Source: a virus. Taken from it: DNA of 64,000 nt. Below are positions 30,401 to 40,041 of the stretch, piece by piece. Positions within the stretch are counted from its first letter, which is position 1, and the number at the start of each line of letters is the position of its first letter. Position numbers and translations under genes: made by a program. The stretch lies in IMG/VR virus record IMGVR_UViG_3300003702_000496, positions 1 to 64,000 of that record. One strand, 5' to 3'. The notes under the pieces were generated by a model. The model saw nothing but the letters and a program-made list of their open reading frames with translations. It searched no databases and was not told the DNA's origin.

Positions 30401-32105
30401 TCCCTGTGCCTGTTGTTGATGTTACAGTAACAGTAGGAATAGTTAAATAACCTTGACCTCCGTTTCTTAAAAATATTCTTGAAATGCCGCCGCTGTAATC
30501 TGTTATTTCTTCTAATGCAAACCTATCTGAACCTGTACTATAGGTATCATTACTTTCTTGTTGTATTGATACTTCCATAGAGAGAGTATGTCCAACATGT
30601 GAAGCAGCAACATCGTGATAAACCTCTAACTCTAATCTCTCATCGTAATCGGTTCTATCCGAATCAGTACCATCCAATACAATATATCCTTCAGAGTCGG
30701 TTCCCAATTCTACTTGAAGAACAGTTGTATCATAAGCATTATCCAAAAGAATTTGATCAGCTGAATCCTCTAACTGAAATGTAAAGTAATCAATATGTGT
30801 AACTGTAGCATCTTCCGAAATTATAAAATCACCAACATTTGTAGAAAGTGCATCTGTACCTTCCAATACAAGTGATCCATCAATAATAGAAACAAAACCA
30901 CTAGCTGAGACTGTATCTGAATCTGAAGTTGTAAAAGTAAAAACATCACCAACCTCATGAAGAGTTCCAGCATCATCTATTACAACTCCGCTTACTGAAC
31001 CTCTCTCAATGCTCTCAATTTGACCTTCAGCTAAACCATTACCAATATTGGTATTTGTATCTAAAACAAAAGCTTCATCAACTGCATATATAGCACCACC
31101 ATCAGTAGTCGTAGTTGTAGCTACTATTTGTTTAACTGTAAATGTCATAGCAACATCTTGTACCGTAGAGGTTGCAGTTACAATTTCACCATCTGTAAAT
31201 GCAAATACAGTTTTTAATGAATCTGGATTGAGTTCAAATTCTACTATTAAAGTATTACCTTCTACAAATTCTTTTGCAGAAACAACAATAGCAACAGCGG
31301 CAGATGATTTTCCAGTTAAAGTTGCTCCAACAACTTCTGACCCTATCGCAGTAGTTGATGGCGAAACTCTCATAATTGTTTTATTAGACCAATTACCATC
31401 TGAAACACGCATCATATATTTGTTTGGATAATGGACTACTACTTCTTCACCAAGAAGCATTCGCATAAAAATTTTATGACCTTCAGAAGTTCCTTTGGCC
31501 CTATATAATTCACGAATATTTTTAACTAGTTTTCTTTTATCAATACCCTCAGTGAGTAAGAGTGGTATTGCGTTCATAAATTCATCACGGAAATTGTCAA
31601 GAAAATCATATATTGTATTATCAATATCAGCATATGCTAATAATTGTTGTATAGTTTGTACAGGGTTCGCACGATATCTTGTAACCGCGCCACTAGCATT
31701 AGAACTTCCACCAGTTACAGTTTCACCCGTTTCAAATTTTTGTTGTGATGTAATAAAGAGTCTTGGATTGGTGTTAGATAAATCATCTACAAGAACTTTA
31801 GCAGTTGCTTTAGAAGTATCCCCAGTAATTGTTTCACCTACAATAAATTTACCACCAGAACTTTCTAAAACTATATCATTACCATCAACATCTAAAACTT
31901 TAGAATCAGTTTCTAATTCCAAAAGAAGATTATCAATTGCTACTGTAAGACGTAACTCTCCAGCTTCTAGATATTCATAATAATTTTTTAAAAATGAAGA
32001 AAATATAGGATGGTCTGCCTGAATAAAATCTGGCAATTGTCCATCAATAAGAGGACTAATTTTTGTAGTTAATTTTCCAGTAGGTGGAGGATCATATAAA
32101 GCCAT
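27450..32105 (-). CDS. gp7: Baseplate wedge initiator, gp7-like, with acidic repeats
   Basis: QLPDFI, KNIRELYRAKGT, IQDSYYYQQFSY, VHPAG motifs; follows gp6. Confidence 0.85.
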   Translation of the reverse strand: MALYDPPPTGKLTTKISPLIDGQLPDFIQADHPIFSSFLKNYYEYLEAGELRLTVAIDNLLLELETDSKVLDVDGNDIVLESSGGKFIVGETITGDTSKATAKVLVDDLSNTNPRLFITSQQKFETGETVTGGSSNASGAVTRYRANPVQTIQQLLAYADIDNTIYDFLDNFRDEFMNAIPLLLTEGIDKRKLVKNIRELYRAKGTSEGHKIFMRMLLGEEVVVHYPNKYMMRVSDGNWSNKTIMRVSPSTTAIGSEVVGATLTGKSSAAVAIVVSAKEFVEGNTLIVEFELNPDSLKTVFAFTDGEIVTATSTVQDVAMTFTVKQIVATTTTTDGGAIYAVDEAFVLDTNTNIGNGLAEGQIESIERGSVSGVVIDDAGTLHEVGDVFTFTTSDSDTVSASGFVSIIDGSLVLEGTDALSTNVGDFIISEDATVTHIDYFTFQLEDSADQILLDNAYDTTVLQVELGTDSEGYIVLDGTDSDRTDYDERLELEVYHDVAASHVGHTLSMEVSIQQESNDTYSTGSDRFALEEITDYSGGISRIFLRNGGQGYLTIPTVTVTSTTGTGTALLATTDNIGSVGDTVIINQGFNYSSAPELVFKANFTLKDITGTFVAKNTLTTHTGTVSSFDSSTNILQTTFEDVVRVTLETGDEEEIALEDSLRDGNDVKVTTIGINRSFDEEDNIVDADGIRIALNAEDTLDGYMILESGTGQTSGSAIIQEVPDNEFFPPIQLEASSRDGTSIGDGIANESGTGDIFVLETAESLGNNPAAGRIIHEDSQLISSRSSGAGTFLITNASEDINPSTIILNGTDSSLSNAGGDLLNEEHGNNNTIILEGTDSDSTNVGAKLLQNVAAADGVVALNGTDSSLTNVDDSIINQDAIDFFSGATGINPHPTTITDSSGATAKIVKANIAKGSSTIATTMETSKTYGTNIESLIGEDLNRIQDSYYYQQFSYEIQAGFGINTYLDKLKKAVHPAGWAVFGKVKVASSISAAITNAGSSLGGGWYSDLDIAAPEDKFSPILASTLEVLFSEKMQRRLGVADIALGGLEEQIILEEAEDINVAGDSIILNGTDSSSTNAGSYIIEEAPLFAYIDFVGVELEGATDTSAGGNGVIVLNGTDSSSTNAGDKIISEKSEAVTTNLILNNTGDSAGNSDVVTRTDAGSDILLDGTDSSFTNAGDSMELEDASAGIIFNKFGLQPTNTLATLLNEAGGSQQLETSFKGGGPNHDVSLVSFITIKIHIPQSTPRHLSTGLVTLARNPFHNPAAKFELEKGTATSGYLLVNYDSFQTPIGSSSAAALDAVPVDAGANLIFENATDANNDSSFTFENIGEYSNDNIVLNGTDSSSTNAGDNVVLNGTDSSSTNAGEYLITESVYLYNSFILEDIIRPSLLVLNSHVDAGFGRIGGSTPVKQTAIILEESNESGFFMQENETTASGAHGDNILLENKTGFGTNNKLELESDRVIVEDKINEGTIPFQNYLNSTLEPITRSADILISEYGAIDLEDESDGAILLNGTDGSSTDAGGRFRFELATDDNINFNYPNVAA
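27991..28079. repeat. Exact 41-bp direct repeat (48-bp period) within gp7
   Basis: tctccagcattcgtagatgaagaatctgtaccattaagaac at 27991 and 28039. Confidence 0.9.
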
Positions 32106-32108
32106 TTT

Positions 32109-34013
32109 TTAAAAACTCGATGTTGGTGTAAAAGAAGATGTTGCTGTATAAGTTGACCCGGCACCACTATCGCCTACAGCAATGGTATCTACCTCTCCTG
32201 TTATAGTAGTGTTAACAAAATCAATCTCTAGTGTCTGATTACGAACTGGAATAATATCTTTAGAATTAGGAATTGCAGTTACACGAATTTGCGAAGAAGA
32301 TACACCATCAACATTTTCAACAGAAGCTATATAAATTCCATCCGTTACTATTTTTCCTGTTGAATATGTCACTGTACCAGCAGTTGAGTCCTGATAAACT
32401 CTAGCTCCACCAGAAATATAATATACTCTTAAATTGCCATCGCCATCGTCATCAAAATACATTATATTTGTAGTATCACCACTAATTTTAAATCCCGTTG
32501 AAGCAATCACTCCACCTCCAGCTTTATTATGTTCAGAATGAGGATTATAAAAAACATTATTAAAATTAATTGTGTATGCAGTAGATGCAGTAGTAGTAGG
32601 TGTAAAAAATTTAGCCATAGATACATTTGTAACATTACTTGTAATTGATGAATCTGTATTGTCAATAAGTCCTGTTACTTTTGAATGTCTAAACAATCCT
32701 TCAAATTGTTCAAGGTTAGAATCATTATAGGATGTTAAAGTATTTGATACAAGTGTTTTTAATTCATCAACAACATATGTTGTTGCACTAGAATTAAATT
32801 TAAATGTTGTATTTAAAATTAAATAAATTGTTTCTGGATCAACAATAACAGGAGTGGTTGACGCTACTGTGTATGGTGCAAGGTCTGTAACTAATTGTGT
32901 TTTTTCACTTGTCGTTAAATTAAGTCCTGTCGTTGATTTAATTGAAATAAAAACTTTACCATATTCTGCTGTACTTACAACACCAAGACTTGTATCATAC
33001 GATCCAGTGTCTCCACCAAATACCTGTACAGCTTGCGCGTTTGGAAATAGTTTTTTTGCATAAAGTTTATAATCTTCAGCAGTTACACATCTACCTTGAG
33101 ATGCATAATCAAGAGGAGCATTATACTTAATTGATTTTAAAGACTCAGCTTCAGAACCAGCACTTGCTGGTGAAACTGTTGCAACAGCTACATCAGTGAC
33201 CGCAGCAATTGCACCAGAGTTTTTAAATACTGATGCTCCATTCGCAGCAGCTTTATTACTAACAACATATGTTAAAATTACAATATTATCATCAGACAAC
33301 GCGTTACCAATTATTCCATCCCCAAAGTATACTTCAAACTTTCCAGCTTCAACTTCTTGAAGGAAATACACTTCACTTGTTGTACTAACTTTTGTTATAT
33401 CTGTTGCAAGTGTGTATGTTGTAGTTACTGTATCACTGGATGAATTTTGAACTTTAATAATTAAAGTATTTGTATCTGCTTTATTATCAGTAAGAAGAAA
33501 TCTTTGGTCTGCATCAGAAGTGTCAACAGTATATCTTGTTGTTACAAAGGTTCCTTCATAAATTTTAACATTTAAAAAAGTAATTCCACTACCAATATTA
33601 GATGCAATATGAGAACTTGATGAAACAAATTGATAATCAGTTCCATCAACACTTGTTGTAAAAACAGTTCCCGCCAGCATAGTTGCCGAGGAAATTAAAG
33701 TATTTAATGTAACATCAACTGTTGCAACAGCTGCTCTAGAAGAAATTGGAAGATATCCTAAAGTTTTTGCATGAGAAACTATACTTGATCGTAGTGATGC
33801 ACTATCTAAAAACATTTCATTTGCAAGCATATTTGCATTGAATCCAAGATAATGAGTGTTATATGCAAGAACATCTAAAAGCGCACTCATACCAGACCCT
33901 TCAAAATCATAGTCTTTAAATTGTGTCTGACCTTTAAGAAAAATTTTAAGATTATTTTTTACTTCATCAAAGTCAAATTCTGTTACCGTTAGTCTTCTAG
34001 GATTTAATGCCAT
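32109..34013 (-). CDS. gp6: Baseplate wedge subunit
   Basis: DYDFEGS, LAYNTHY, EMFLDSA, FGDG, RCVTAEDY, YGKVFISIK. Confidence 0.96.
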   Translation of the reverse strand: MALNPRRLTVTEFDFDEVKNNLKIFLKGQTQFKDYDFEGSGMSALLDVLAYNTHYLGFNANMLANEMFLDSASLRSSIVSHAKTLGYLPISSRAAVATVDVTLNTLISSATMLAGTVFTTSVDGTDYQFVSSSSHIASNIGSGITFLNVKIYEGTFVTTRYTVDTSDADQRFLLTDNKADTNTLIIKVQNSSSDTVTTTYTLATDITKVSTTSEVYFLQEVEAGKFEVYFGDGIIGNALSDDNIVILTYVVSNKAAANGASVFKNSGAIAAVTDVAVATVSPASAGSEAESLKSIKYNAPLDYASQGRCVTAEDYKLYAKKLFPNAQAVQVFGGDTGSYDTSLGVVSTAEYGKVFISIKSTTGLNLTTSEKTQLVTDLAPYTVASTTPVIVDPETIYLILNTTFKFNSSATTYVVDELKTLVSNTLTSYNDSNLEQFEGLFRHSKVTGLIDNTDSSITSNVTNVSMAKFFTPTTTASTAYTINFNNVFYNPHSEHNKAGGGVIASTGFKISGDTTNIMYFDDDGDGNLRVYYISGGARVYQDSTAGTVTYSTGKIVTDGIYIASVENVDGVSSSQIRVTAIPNSKDIIPVRNQTLEIDFVNTTITGEVDTIAVGDSGAGSTYTATSSFTPTSSF

Positions 34014-34459
34014 TATCGTAATCTCTCTAAAAATATTGTTAAATCTACTAATTCAGCTGGAAAGTTCTGAACATAAAATTCTATTGTCACTTCATATTCA
34101 TTACGATCTAAATTAGGAAGAGCTCGAACACCAACCAATCTTGCTCTAGGTTCATAAGTTTCAATAATATTTTCTATCTTTTTTGTAAGAATAAACGCAG
34201 TCATTGGAGTCATTAATTCAAATAATATTGCTCTTACACCAGAACCAATCTCTGGATGAAAGGGTTTTTCATAATGATTTGTTAATATAAGATTACGAAC
34301 AGAGCGTTTGACTGCTATAATATCTGTTAATATATTAATGTCATTTGATCCTGCCTTCTTAGAAAAAAAGAGGTCTAAATCTTTCCATTGCCGAGTATTA
34401 CGCTCAATATCATTTTGGCCTTGAGCATCTGTATATGCATATGCAGTTGATGTTGCCAT
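34013..34459 (-). CDS. gp25: Baseplate wedge subunit
   Basis: DLDL, AVKRSVRNLILT, EKPFHPEIGS, YEPR. Confidence 0.95.
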   Translation of the reverse strand: MATSTAYAYTDAQGQNDIERNTRQWKDLDLFFSKKAGSNDINILTDIIAVKRSVRNLILTNHYEKPFHPEIGSGVRAILFELMTPMTAFILTKKIENIIETYEPRARLVGVRALPNLDRNEYEVTIEFYVQNFPAELVDLTIFLERLR

Positions 34460-34477
34460 TATAGGTTCCTGTTTATA

Positions 34478-34690
34478 TTATTTATAAGATGTCAGATAAT
34501 TATCTGCAATATTAACTTCTGATATTACTGCTTCAATATTATCGTGCCAATAATTTAAAAATCTGTGTACTCTTGGATACTCTGGTCTTACATCTGCTGT
34601 CTGCCAAACGAACTGTTGAAGAATGTGAGTGTAATCTGGCATCCAATATAAAATATTTAAAGTTACTATAGTATTTTTTATCAGTATCAT
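34478..34690 (-). CDS. usg: Usg-like protein
   Basis: ILYWMPD..LQQFVWQ..D..PEYP....FL.YW...IE signature of the alphaproteobacterial Usg family. Confidence 0.85.
   Translation of the reverse strand: MILIKNTIVTLNILYWMPDYTHILQQFVWQTADVRPEYPRVHRFLNYWHDNIEAVISEVNIADNYLTSYK
34479..34486 (-). promoter_or_regulatory. T4-type late promoter for gp25-gp6-gp7
   Basis: Exact TATAAATA overlapping the Usg-like stop codon. Confidence 0.8.
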
Positions 34691-34698
34691 TATTCATA

Positions 34699-35964
34699 CT
34701 AACCAACGACGTTTGGATCATAGTTACTCAAGTATGAATATTTTATTTTAAAATAGGGCCCATCTTCCTTAGATGGTCCATAACCTGCACCGCGAAGATC
34801 AGTTATTTCCATTCGTTTCGTTCCTCTCATACGCCAAAGGTCGCGTGCTCCCCCCTTTGCTGCAACATGCGTCCCTGCAATAAAATCTCCCCCCGTCGCA
34901 GCGAGCGCCTCGGCATTGATGTTTTCATATTCAACACCATGCTGATCATGGCCGACCGCTTTGGAAATTGGAATCCATGTTTCATCTTCGGCTTTCTCTT
35001 GGTACATCCAACCTAAAACCTCAACATTAATCGGCACATATTTTAAGTCTATTAAATAATTGTAAAAACTAGTCCTTTCAGTATCAAAGGTGAAGAGCTC
35101 TTCAGTGATATCTTCAGTGATGTAACTCGGCCTTCTAGTAAATCCTTTCTTAGAAACATTTGCGCGTTTGTATACCTTTACTCCTCCTCCAGAAGTTGTA
35201 ATTGTTTTAGTTTTTTTCGTACCTCCGCCAGTTGTTTCTGTAACAGTTGTTGTTGATGTAATTGAATCTTCTGGAGTTGCAGCTTCTACTGTTGTTACGC
35301 CACCTTTATTATCACTAACTACTATTTCTCTATGTTCTTCTGTTACCTTATAAGCACCAGTATCTTTTTCGGGAACAACTTTATCATCAGGATTTACCCA
35401 TGTTGCAACTGTAGTTTCAACATTTGTTTTTGCAGTAGTAATATTAGTATTTTTATTAAGAACAGAAGGGTTTTCTATTTCGGGAGCAACATCTGCTTGT
35501 AAAACACCAGTAGCTTTTTCTACAGCTGTTCCACCAACAGCCGGTAATTCAAAATTAGGAATAGCTGCACATATATTTCCACCACCAACTGATGATATCC
35601 CAGCTTTAGAAATTATATCAGTTAAAGAATATCCAGCAACAGTTAATTCATCATCAAAGGAAGTAGCAATAACAGCCGCTAAAGCTAAATACTTACCAAC
35701 TCCTGCAACGGTTGATTTATCAATATCAAGAAGATCGCCAATTTGTGATTGTAAACTAATATTAGGAAGAGTTGGTGCAGCAGGAGTTAATTCTCTAACT
35801 TTTGTTAATAGGGTGGTAAGTTCTGGTGATAATAGTCCTGATAATGCAGAAGCATCCACATTCAAATTATCAGTAAGAATATTTTCAATATCTACAAACT
35901 TACTTATTAGAGAATTGAAATCGGTATTTGCTCCGCATAAATTTGGTGTTGTAAAATCTACCAT
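34699..35964 (-). CDS. Hypothetical baseplate-region protein
   Basis: 421-aa ORF between PAAR and gp25; no recognisable family. Confidence 0.7.
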   Translation of the reverse strand: MVDFTTPNLCGANTDFNSLISKFVDIENILTDNLNVDASALSGLLSPELTTLLTKVRELTPAAPTLPNISLQSQIGDLLDIDKSTVAGVGKYLALAAVIATSFDDELTVAGYSLTDIISKAGISSVGGGNICAAIPNFELPAVGGTAVEKATGVLQADVAPEIENPSVLNKNTNITTAKTNVETTVATWVNPDDKVVPEKDTGAYKVTEEHREIVVSDNKGGVTTVEAATPEDSITSTTTVTETTGGGTKKTKTITTSGGGVKVYKRANVSKKGFTRRPSYITEDITEELFTFDTERTSFYNYLIDLKYVPINVEVLGWMYQEKAEDETWIPISKAVGHDQHGVEYENINAEALAATGGDFIAGTHVAAKGGARDLWRMRGTKRMEITDLRGAGYGPSKEDGPYFKIKYSYLSNYDPNVVG

Positions 35965-35968
35965 TTAA

Positions 35969-36259
35969 TTATCCCCCAGCAAATACATTAGAACTTCCGG
36001 CGGCGACAGAAGTACAACCAGAAATACCATCACCTATTCTGCCAGCACCTTTTGTATTAACTTTAACTGTAGATGATCCAGTTGCTATAGGTGCCGCATG
36101 AGAAGGACAGGGAGAGCCAGGAAGAAGATGGGTTGTATTATTATCTCCTTGTCTGCTCCATTTGATTGCATTCACATAAACATTAGGTGACCCTTCTGCT
36201 CTGGTCATCCCAGAACAATGGGTAACATCTGCATCTCCAATTCTAGTTGCTGCGGGCAC
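35969..36259 (-). CDS. PAAR spike tip protein (gp5.4-like)
   Basis: MPAATRIGD, HC, GS..V.VN, AGRIGD, GSSNVFAG. Confidence 0.93.
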   Translation of the reverse strand: MPAATRIGDADVTHCSGMTRAEGSPNVYVNAIKWSRQGDNNTTHLLPGSPCPSHAAPIATGSSTVKVNTKGAGRIGDGISGCTSVAAGSSNVFAGG

Positions 36260-36446
36260 GTTCTTTCTCCATTAATTCCTGTAACCTAGTATTCCACTTA
36301 GCCATTTCTTCATGTTCTTTTTCGGTATGTGGCTCAGATATAAAATCAGGTGAATATTTAATTACATGTTCAAACTCATCTGGTATATCTTCATACTTGT
36401 CAAATGTAACCAACTTTCCGTTTATGATAAATTGAAATTCTGCCAT
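36243..36446 (-). CDS. Small protein downstream of gp5
   Basis: YEDIP..F.HVIK...PHT..EH pattern; between gp5 and PAAR. Confidence 0.75.
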   Translation of the reverse strand: MAEFQFIINGKLVTFDKYEDIPDEFEHVIKYSPDFISEPHTEKEHEEMAKWNTRLQELMEKERARSN

Positions 36447-37969
36447 TAGTTCAAATTAATCAATGCAGAATCAATATCAACTTCTGCGCTGACATTCAAA
36501 TCAAGTGTACCCGTGGTATTATTAGTATGACTTGCTTTAAATGTTTCTGTGACTAATCCCTCTGAATAAATTGTAAGACCATCTGCTTCAGTTTTAACAT
36601 CCATAGCCTTAGCAGACTTCACATTTAATTTATCACCAGCAGAAAATGTTACAATACCAGAAACAGTAGATGCTGTTAAATTTGTTTCCGCACTTAATTT
36701 CATATTTGCAAGAGTTATAACACTAATGTCATTAACCACATTTAGTTTACTTCCTTCTATTCCATTAACAGTTCTTGTTTCACTTCCTTCAATAATAGTA
36801 TCAACATCTTCACCAACTCTACCTTTTATATTTTGTTTAATGTTATACGCATAATTTCCTAAAATCTCTTCTTCACGATTACCACCAGAACTCCCCGCAC
36901 CAATCTTGACACGATGATTCTTATGAATTTTTTGAGTATAATTTCCTTCCACCTCCAAATGATAGTCACCTTTAATAAGCTCTCGTACCGTTCCTTCAAT
37001 TGTTATATTCACATTACCTGTTATAGAAACATTAGAACCACCCGCAATAATTTCATAATTGTCACCAATTACTTTGACAACTTTTGTGCCAGTAGGATGT
37101 ATCTCTTCAAATGTTCCAGAAGTATGTTGAGTAAATAACCTTTCTGCGCCAGGCGAATCATCTATTTCATGTATATGACCTGACTCACTTTCATGGACAT
37201 GGTTATATGGATATACGCCAGATATATAGAGCGCCGCAGTTTTTTTAATTGACTTAGGATCGGGTTCATCCCACCAGCCACGAGTCTCTTCAACAGCTGC
37301 ATCTGATACTGTGTTAAGATATGGTTGTGTTGCAGTAGGAACACCAGTTCCAAGTCCAACTATCTTAGCTCTACCTGTGGCATTATCATCAACACCAATA
37401 GTTTCATCAACTTTATCTGGATCGCCTCGTAATCGTTGTAATCGTCTATTGATAAGAGAGTTATGTGTCTCTGATGTAGCTCCTTGAGCAAGTCTATTAG
37501 TATCTACTTCACCCTCTACATGTCCAGAGATCATAGAGGCCTCTTCACCATCTATAGGATATGGCCCATAGGTAGGAGTACCAGCATATTCTGTTTGGTC
37601 TGTATATGGACTTCGGGGATCATTAAACCCCGTTGAATAATCCGCTGGACCAGAAGGAACCCCTGGCAAAGAACCTATAATAACAGGTTGTTGTTTTTCT
37701 TGTGCATCACGAAAGAAACCAATAACCCAACTACCCTCAACAAGAAATGAAGGAGTGTTGCCCATGCCATGCATAGAAGGGTCTGTAACAGGATGCATAA
37801 CATGAGCCCACGGCAAGTCAACAGTAGGAAGTGAGTTTAAATCTTTTGTATGAAATCCAAGACAACGAACCCTAACTCTACCCAAGAGTTTAGGATCGTT
37901 TCTATCTTCTACAACACCAACAAACCAAATAAACCCATCTTGGCCCATAAAATAACTCTGTTCTGCCAT
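36446..37969 (-). CDS. gp5: Baseplate hub / central spike, without lysozyme domain
   Basis: WFVGVVEDRNDP..LGRVRVR OB-fold, YPYNHV.ESESGH..EIDD, beta-helix repeats. Confidence 0.93.
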   Translation of the reverse strand: MAEQSYFMGQDGFIWFVGVVEDRNDPKLLGRVRVRCLGFHTKDLNSLPTVDLPWAHVMHPVTDPSMHGMGNTPSFLVEGSWVIGFFRDAQEKQQPVIIGSLPGVPSGPADYSTGFNDPRSPYTDQTEYAGTPTYGPYPIDGEEASMISGHVEGEVDTNRLAQGATSETHNSLINRRLQRLRGDPDKVDETIGVDDNATGRAKIVGLGTGVPTATQPYLNTVSDAAVEETRGWWDEPDPKSIKKTAALYISGVYPYNHVHESESGHIHEIDDSPGAERLFTQHTSGTFEEIHPTGTKVVKVIGDNYEIIAGGSNVSITGNVNITIEGTVRELIKGDYHLEVEGNYTQKIHKNHRVKIGAGSSGGNREEEILGNYAYNIKQNIKGRVGEDVDTIIEGSETRTVNGIEGSKLNVVNDISVITLANMKLSAETNLTASTVSGIVTFSAGDKLNVKSAKAMDVKTEADGLTIYSEGLVTETFKASHTNNTTGTLDLNVSAEVDIDSALINLN

Positions 37970-37995
37970 GATAATCCTTTAATAGTATTTGAAAC

Positions 37996-38003
37996 TATTT
38001 ATA
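37996..38003 (-). promoter_or_regulatory. T4-type late promoter for gp5
   Basis: Exact TATAAATA upstream of gp5. Confidence 0.85.
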
Positions 38004-38007
38004 AGGA

Positions 38008-38184
38008 TTAGTGAAGATCAGGGTCGCGTCCTAAACCAGTTATAGGAATTTTTTCAATAGAAATATCATTTCTACCTTGAGCTTTATACATCTCATAAGC
38101 AGTTTGAGCATCTTTTTCACTCAAAGCATCTGCTAAAATTTTTATAGATATTATTCTATATCTTTGAACTTCTTTACTAAACAT
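38008..38184 (-). CDS. Hypothetical protein (58 aa, ends GLGRDPDLH)
   Basis: Read by hand; fills the gap between the oxygenases and gp5. Confidence 0.65.
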   Translation of the reverse strand: MFSKEVQRYRIISIKILADALSEKDAQTAYEMYKAQGRNDISIEKIPITGLGRDPDLH

Positions 38185-38193
38185 AAAGGTTAT

Positions 38194-38874
38194 TTAGACG
38201 ATCCACTCGGCCATATTTTTAAATTCTTCGCTTATACCCGAAGCATTTCTCTTTTCCATTCCCAAGATCAACTGCCACGGATTCATTCCAAGATTCCCTG
38301 CAAGAATAATTCTCTCATGGTCACATTGTTGTTCTGATACTTGATGTCTTATCCAGCCAGGAAACAATACCATGTTTCCTTTTATCGGAGCAATCTGATA
38401 TGATGCATCCTCAAAGATTAACGGCGCACAGTTTTCACAACATTCTACATTATATACCCAACTCCATATTTGAGGCCAATGCTCATGTAACTTGGTATAA
38501 TTTCCTTTGGTATATATCGCGCCCCAACAATCATATGGCATTAACGGAACTCCCTGTCTTGGAGAATTGTCATACGCCAATTCTATTGCCATACGACACA
38601 CTTCCATAAAATCTGAATTAGTTTCATGCATATACCAGCCAGTCATACTTGCTTGCACATTAGTTGAAGATTTTTGAACATCACCAATATCCCTACATGT
38701 TTGTACAAGTCTTTTCTGAAGTTCTTCGTTTGAACAATCTTTTTGTACAACAGGATACTTTACACGAAAAGATTGAGAGTGTGGATTGGTTGTTAGTTGT
38801 CTAAGTTTCTTTTCCTCTAATATATTTTCTTTTTCTATATTAGATACAAGTGCTTTTAGATGGTTCCTACTCAT
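38194..38874 (-). CDS. 2OG-Fe(II) oxygenase (HxH type)
   Basis: HEHWP, LFPGWIRH, R.ILAGN; start moved to the ATGA overlap at 38874. Confidence 0.85.
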   Translation of the reverse strand: MSRNHLKALVSNIEKENILEEKKLRQLTTNPHSQSFRVKYPVVQKDCSNEELQKRLVQTCRDIGDVQKSSTNVQASMTGWYMHETNSDFMEVCRMAIELAYDNSPRQGVPLMPYDCWGAIYTKGNYTKLHEHWPQIWSWVYNVECCENCAPLIFEDASYQIAPIKGNMVLFPGWIRHQVSEQQCDHERIILAGNLGMNPWQLILGMEKRNASGISEEFKNMAEWIV

Positions 38875-39434
38875 GGTAATGATGGTTCCTCTGGATACCA
38901 ATACCATCCTGTAATAATATATTTTGGATGAGTGTGTATAGGATTACCTCTATGTTGATACATCCATGCAGCAGGAAATATACAACCCATTCCTTCCTTT
39001 GGTTGTATGCGTATCTTCTCATATAGAAATTCTGTTTCACCTTCACCTTTCGGAATATCATTCAGATAGATAGTCCATACCAGAGCTCTGGCACAGTTTT
39101 CCCAATGAGTTATTTCCGCATGGAAATTGTGAAACCCCCCACCCATAGGATTTGTACGTTGTATCTTAATTTCGGGTGTAAGTAAAATTTTTGCTCCTCT
39201 ATATGCACAAGGAAACTCTTCCAAGTATTCCCGTAACATGTCCATAGTAGCTTTGTGTACTGGTTCATATAATTCAGAATTTTCTGGAAGCCATATCTGC
39301 TTATCCTTACGACTGACACGATTGGGTTCTTCAATTCTTACATTCTTTGGAGAACTTTCAAACCAGTCTATAAGAGAGTCACATAGGTCAAAAGAAAGTG
39401 CATTATCAAATCCTCTTACAAAATCACGAATCAT
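38871..39434 (-). CDS. 2OG-Fe(II) oxygenase (prolyl-hydroxylase-like)
   Basis: FHAE, IYLND, GETEF, HRG, KYIITGW. Confidence 0.9.
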   Translation of the reverse strand: MIRDFVRGFDNALSFDLCDSLIDWFESSPKNVRIEEPNRVSRKDKQIWLPENSELYEPVHKATMDMLREYLEEFPCAYRGAKILLTPEIKIQRTNPMGGGFHNFHAEITHWENCARALVWTIYLNDIPKGEGETEFLYEKIRIQPKEGMGCIFPAAWMYQHRGNPIHTHPKYIITGWYWYPEEPSLP

Positions 39435-40041
39435 TATTCATATCAATATTTAAATTGCCCGCAACCATAATACGATCATGATCACAATCATGCGTAGGAA
39501 CTTCATGCATAATCCATGCAGGGAAAACAATTAACTGAAAAGGTTTAGGCATCACTTTGAGTTTCTTCTCGCTTGTAGGAAATATTAATGGAGAACAGAA
39601 CTCACATGCGTATACACAATAGGTATACGACCAGAGAGATGGCCAATGATTATGTACTTTTGCTTCTTGCCATTTCTGGTATATAAGACCCCAACTCTCT
39701 TTGATATATAATGGGACTTCTTTTTTTTCGCCGGTCGTATCGGTACGCGTAGCTACAGGACAAGCTTGTGCAATCTTAATTGCTTCATTTCCAACCACTT
39801 CAAAAGATTTATATAACTCATGCATATCCCATCGAGTCATAAGACACTTAGCCGCAGTACGAGTTTGTAAATGATCGCCTGCATCTCTTATGTCTCTTTC
39901 CAAATATTTGTTAAGAGACTTCAACAACGGCCGTTCTTTTTCGTTTATCGTTTTTATTTTTACTGGATACTTATCCGTAAAATTTGGCCAGGGCCCTCGT
40001 TCATTATTTTTTCCATATACTAAATCACTTAATGCACTCAT
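39424..40041 (-). CDS. 2OG-Fe(II) oxygenase (HxH type)
   Basis: HNHWP, VFPAWIMHEV, RIMVAGN; paralog of 38194-38874. Confidence 0.85.
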   Translation of the reverse strand: MSALSDLVYGKNNERGPWPNFTDKYPVKIKTINEKERPLLKSLNKYLERDIRDAGDHLQTRTAAKCLMTRWDMHELYKSFEVVGNEAIKIAQACPVATRTDTTGEKKEVPLYIKESWGLIYQKWQEAKVHNHWPSLWSYTYCVYACEFCSPLIFPTSEKKLKVMPKPFQLIVFPAWIMHEVPTHDCDHDRIMVAGNLNIDMNNDS

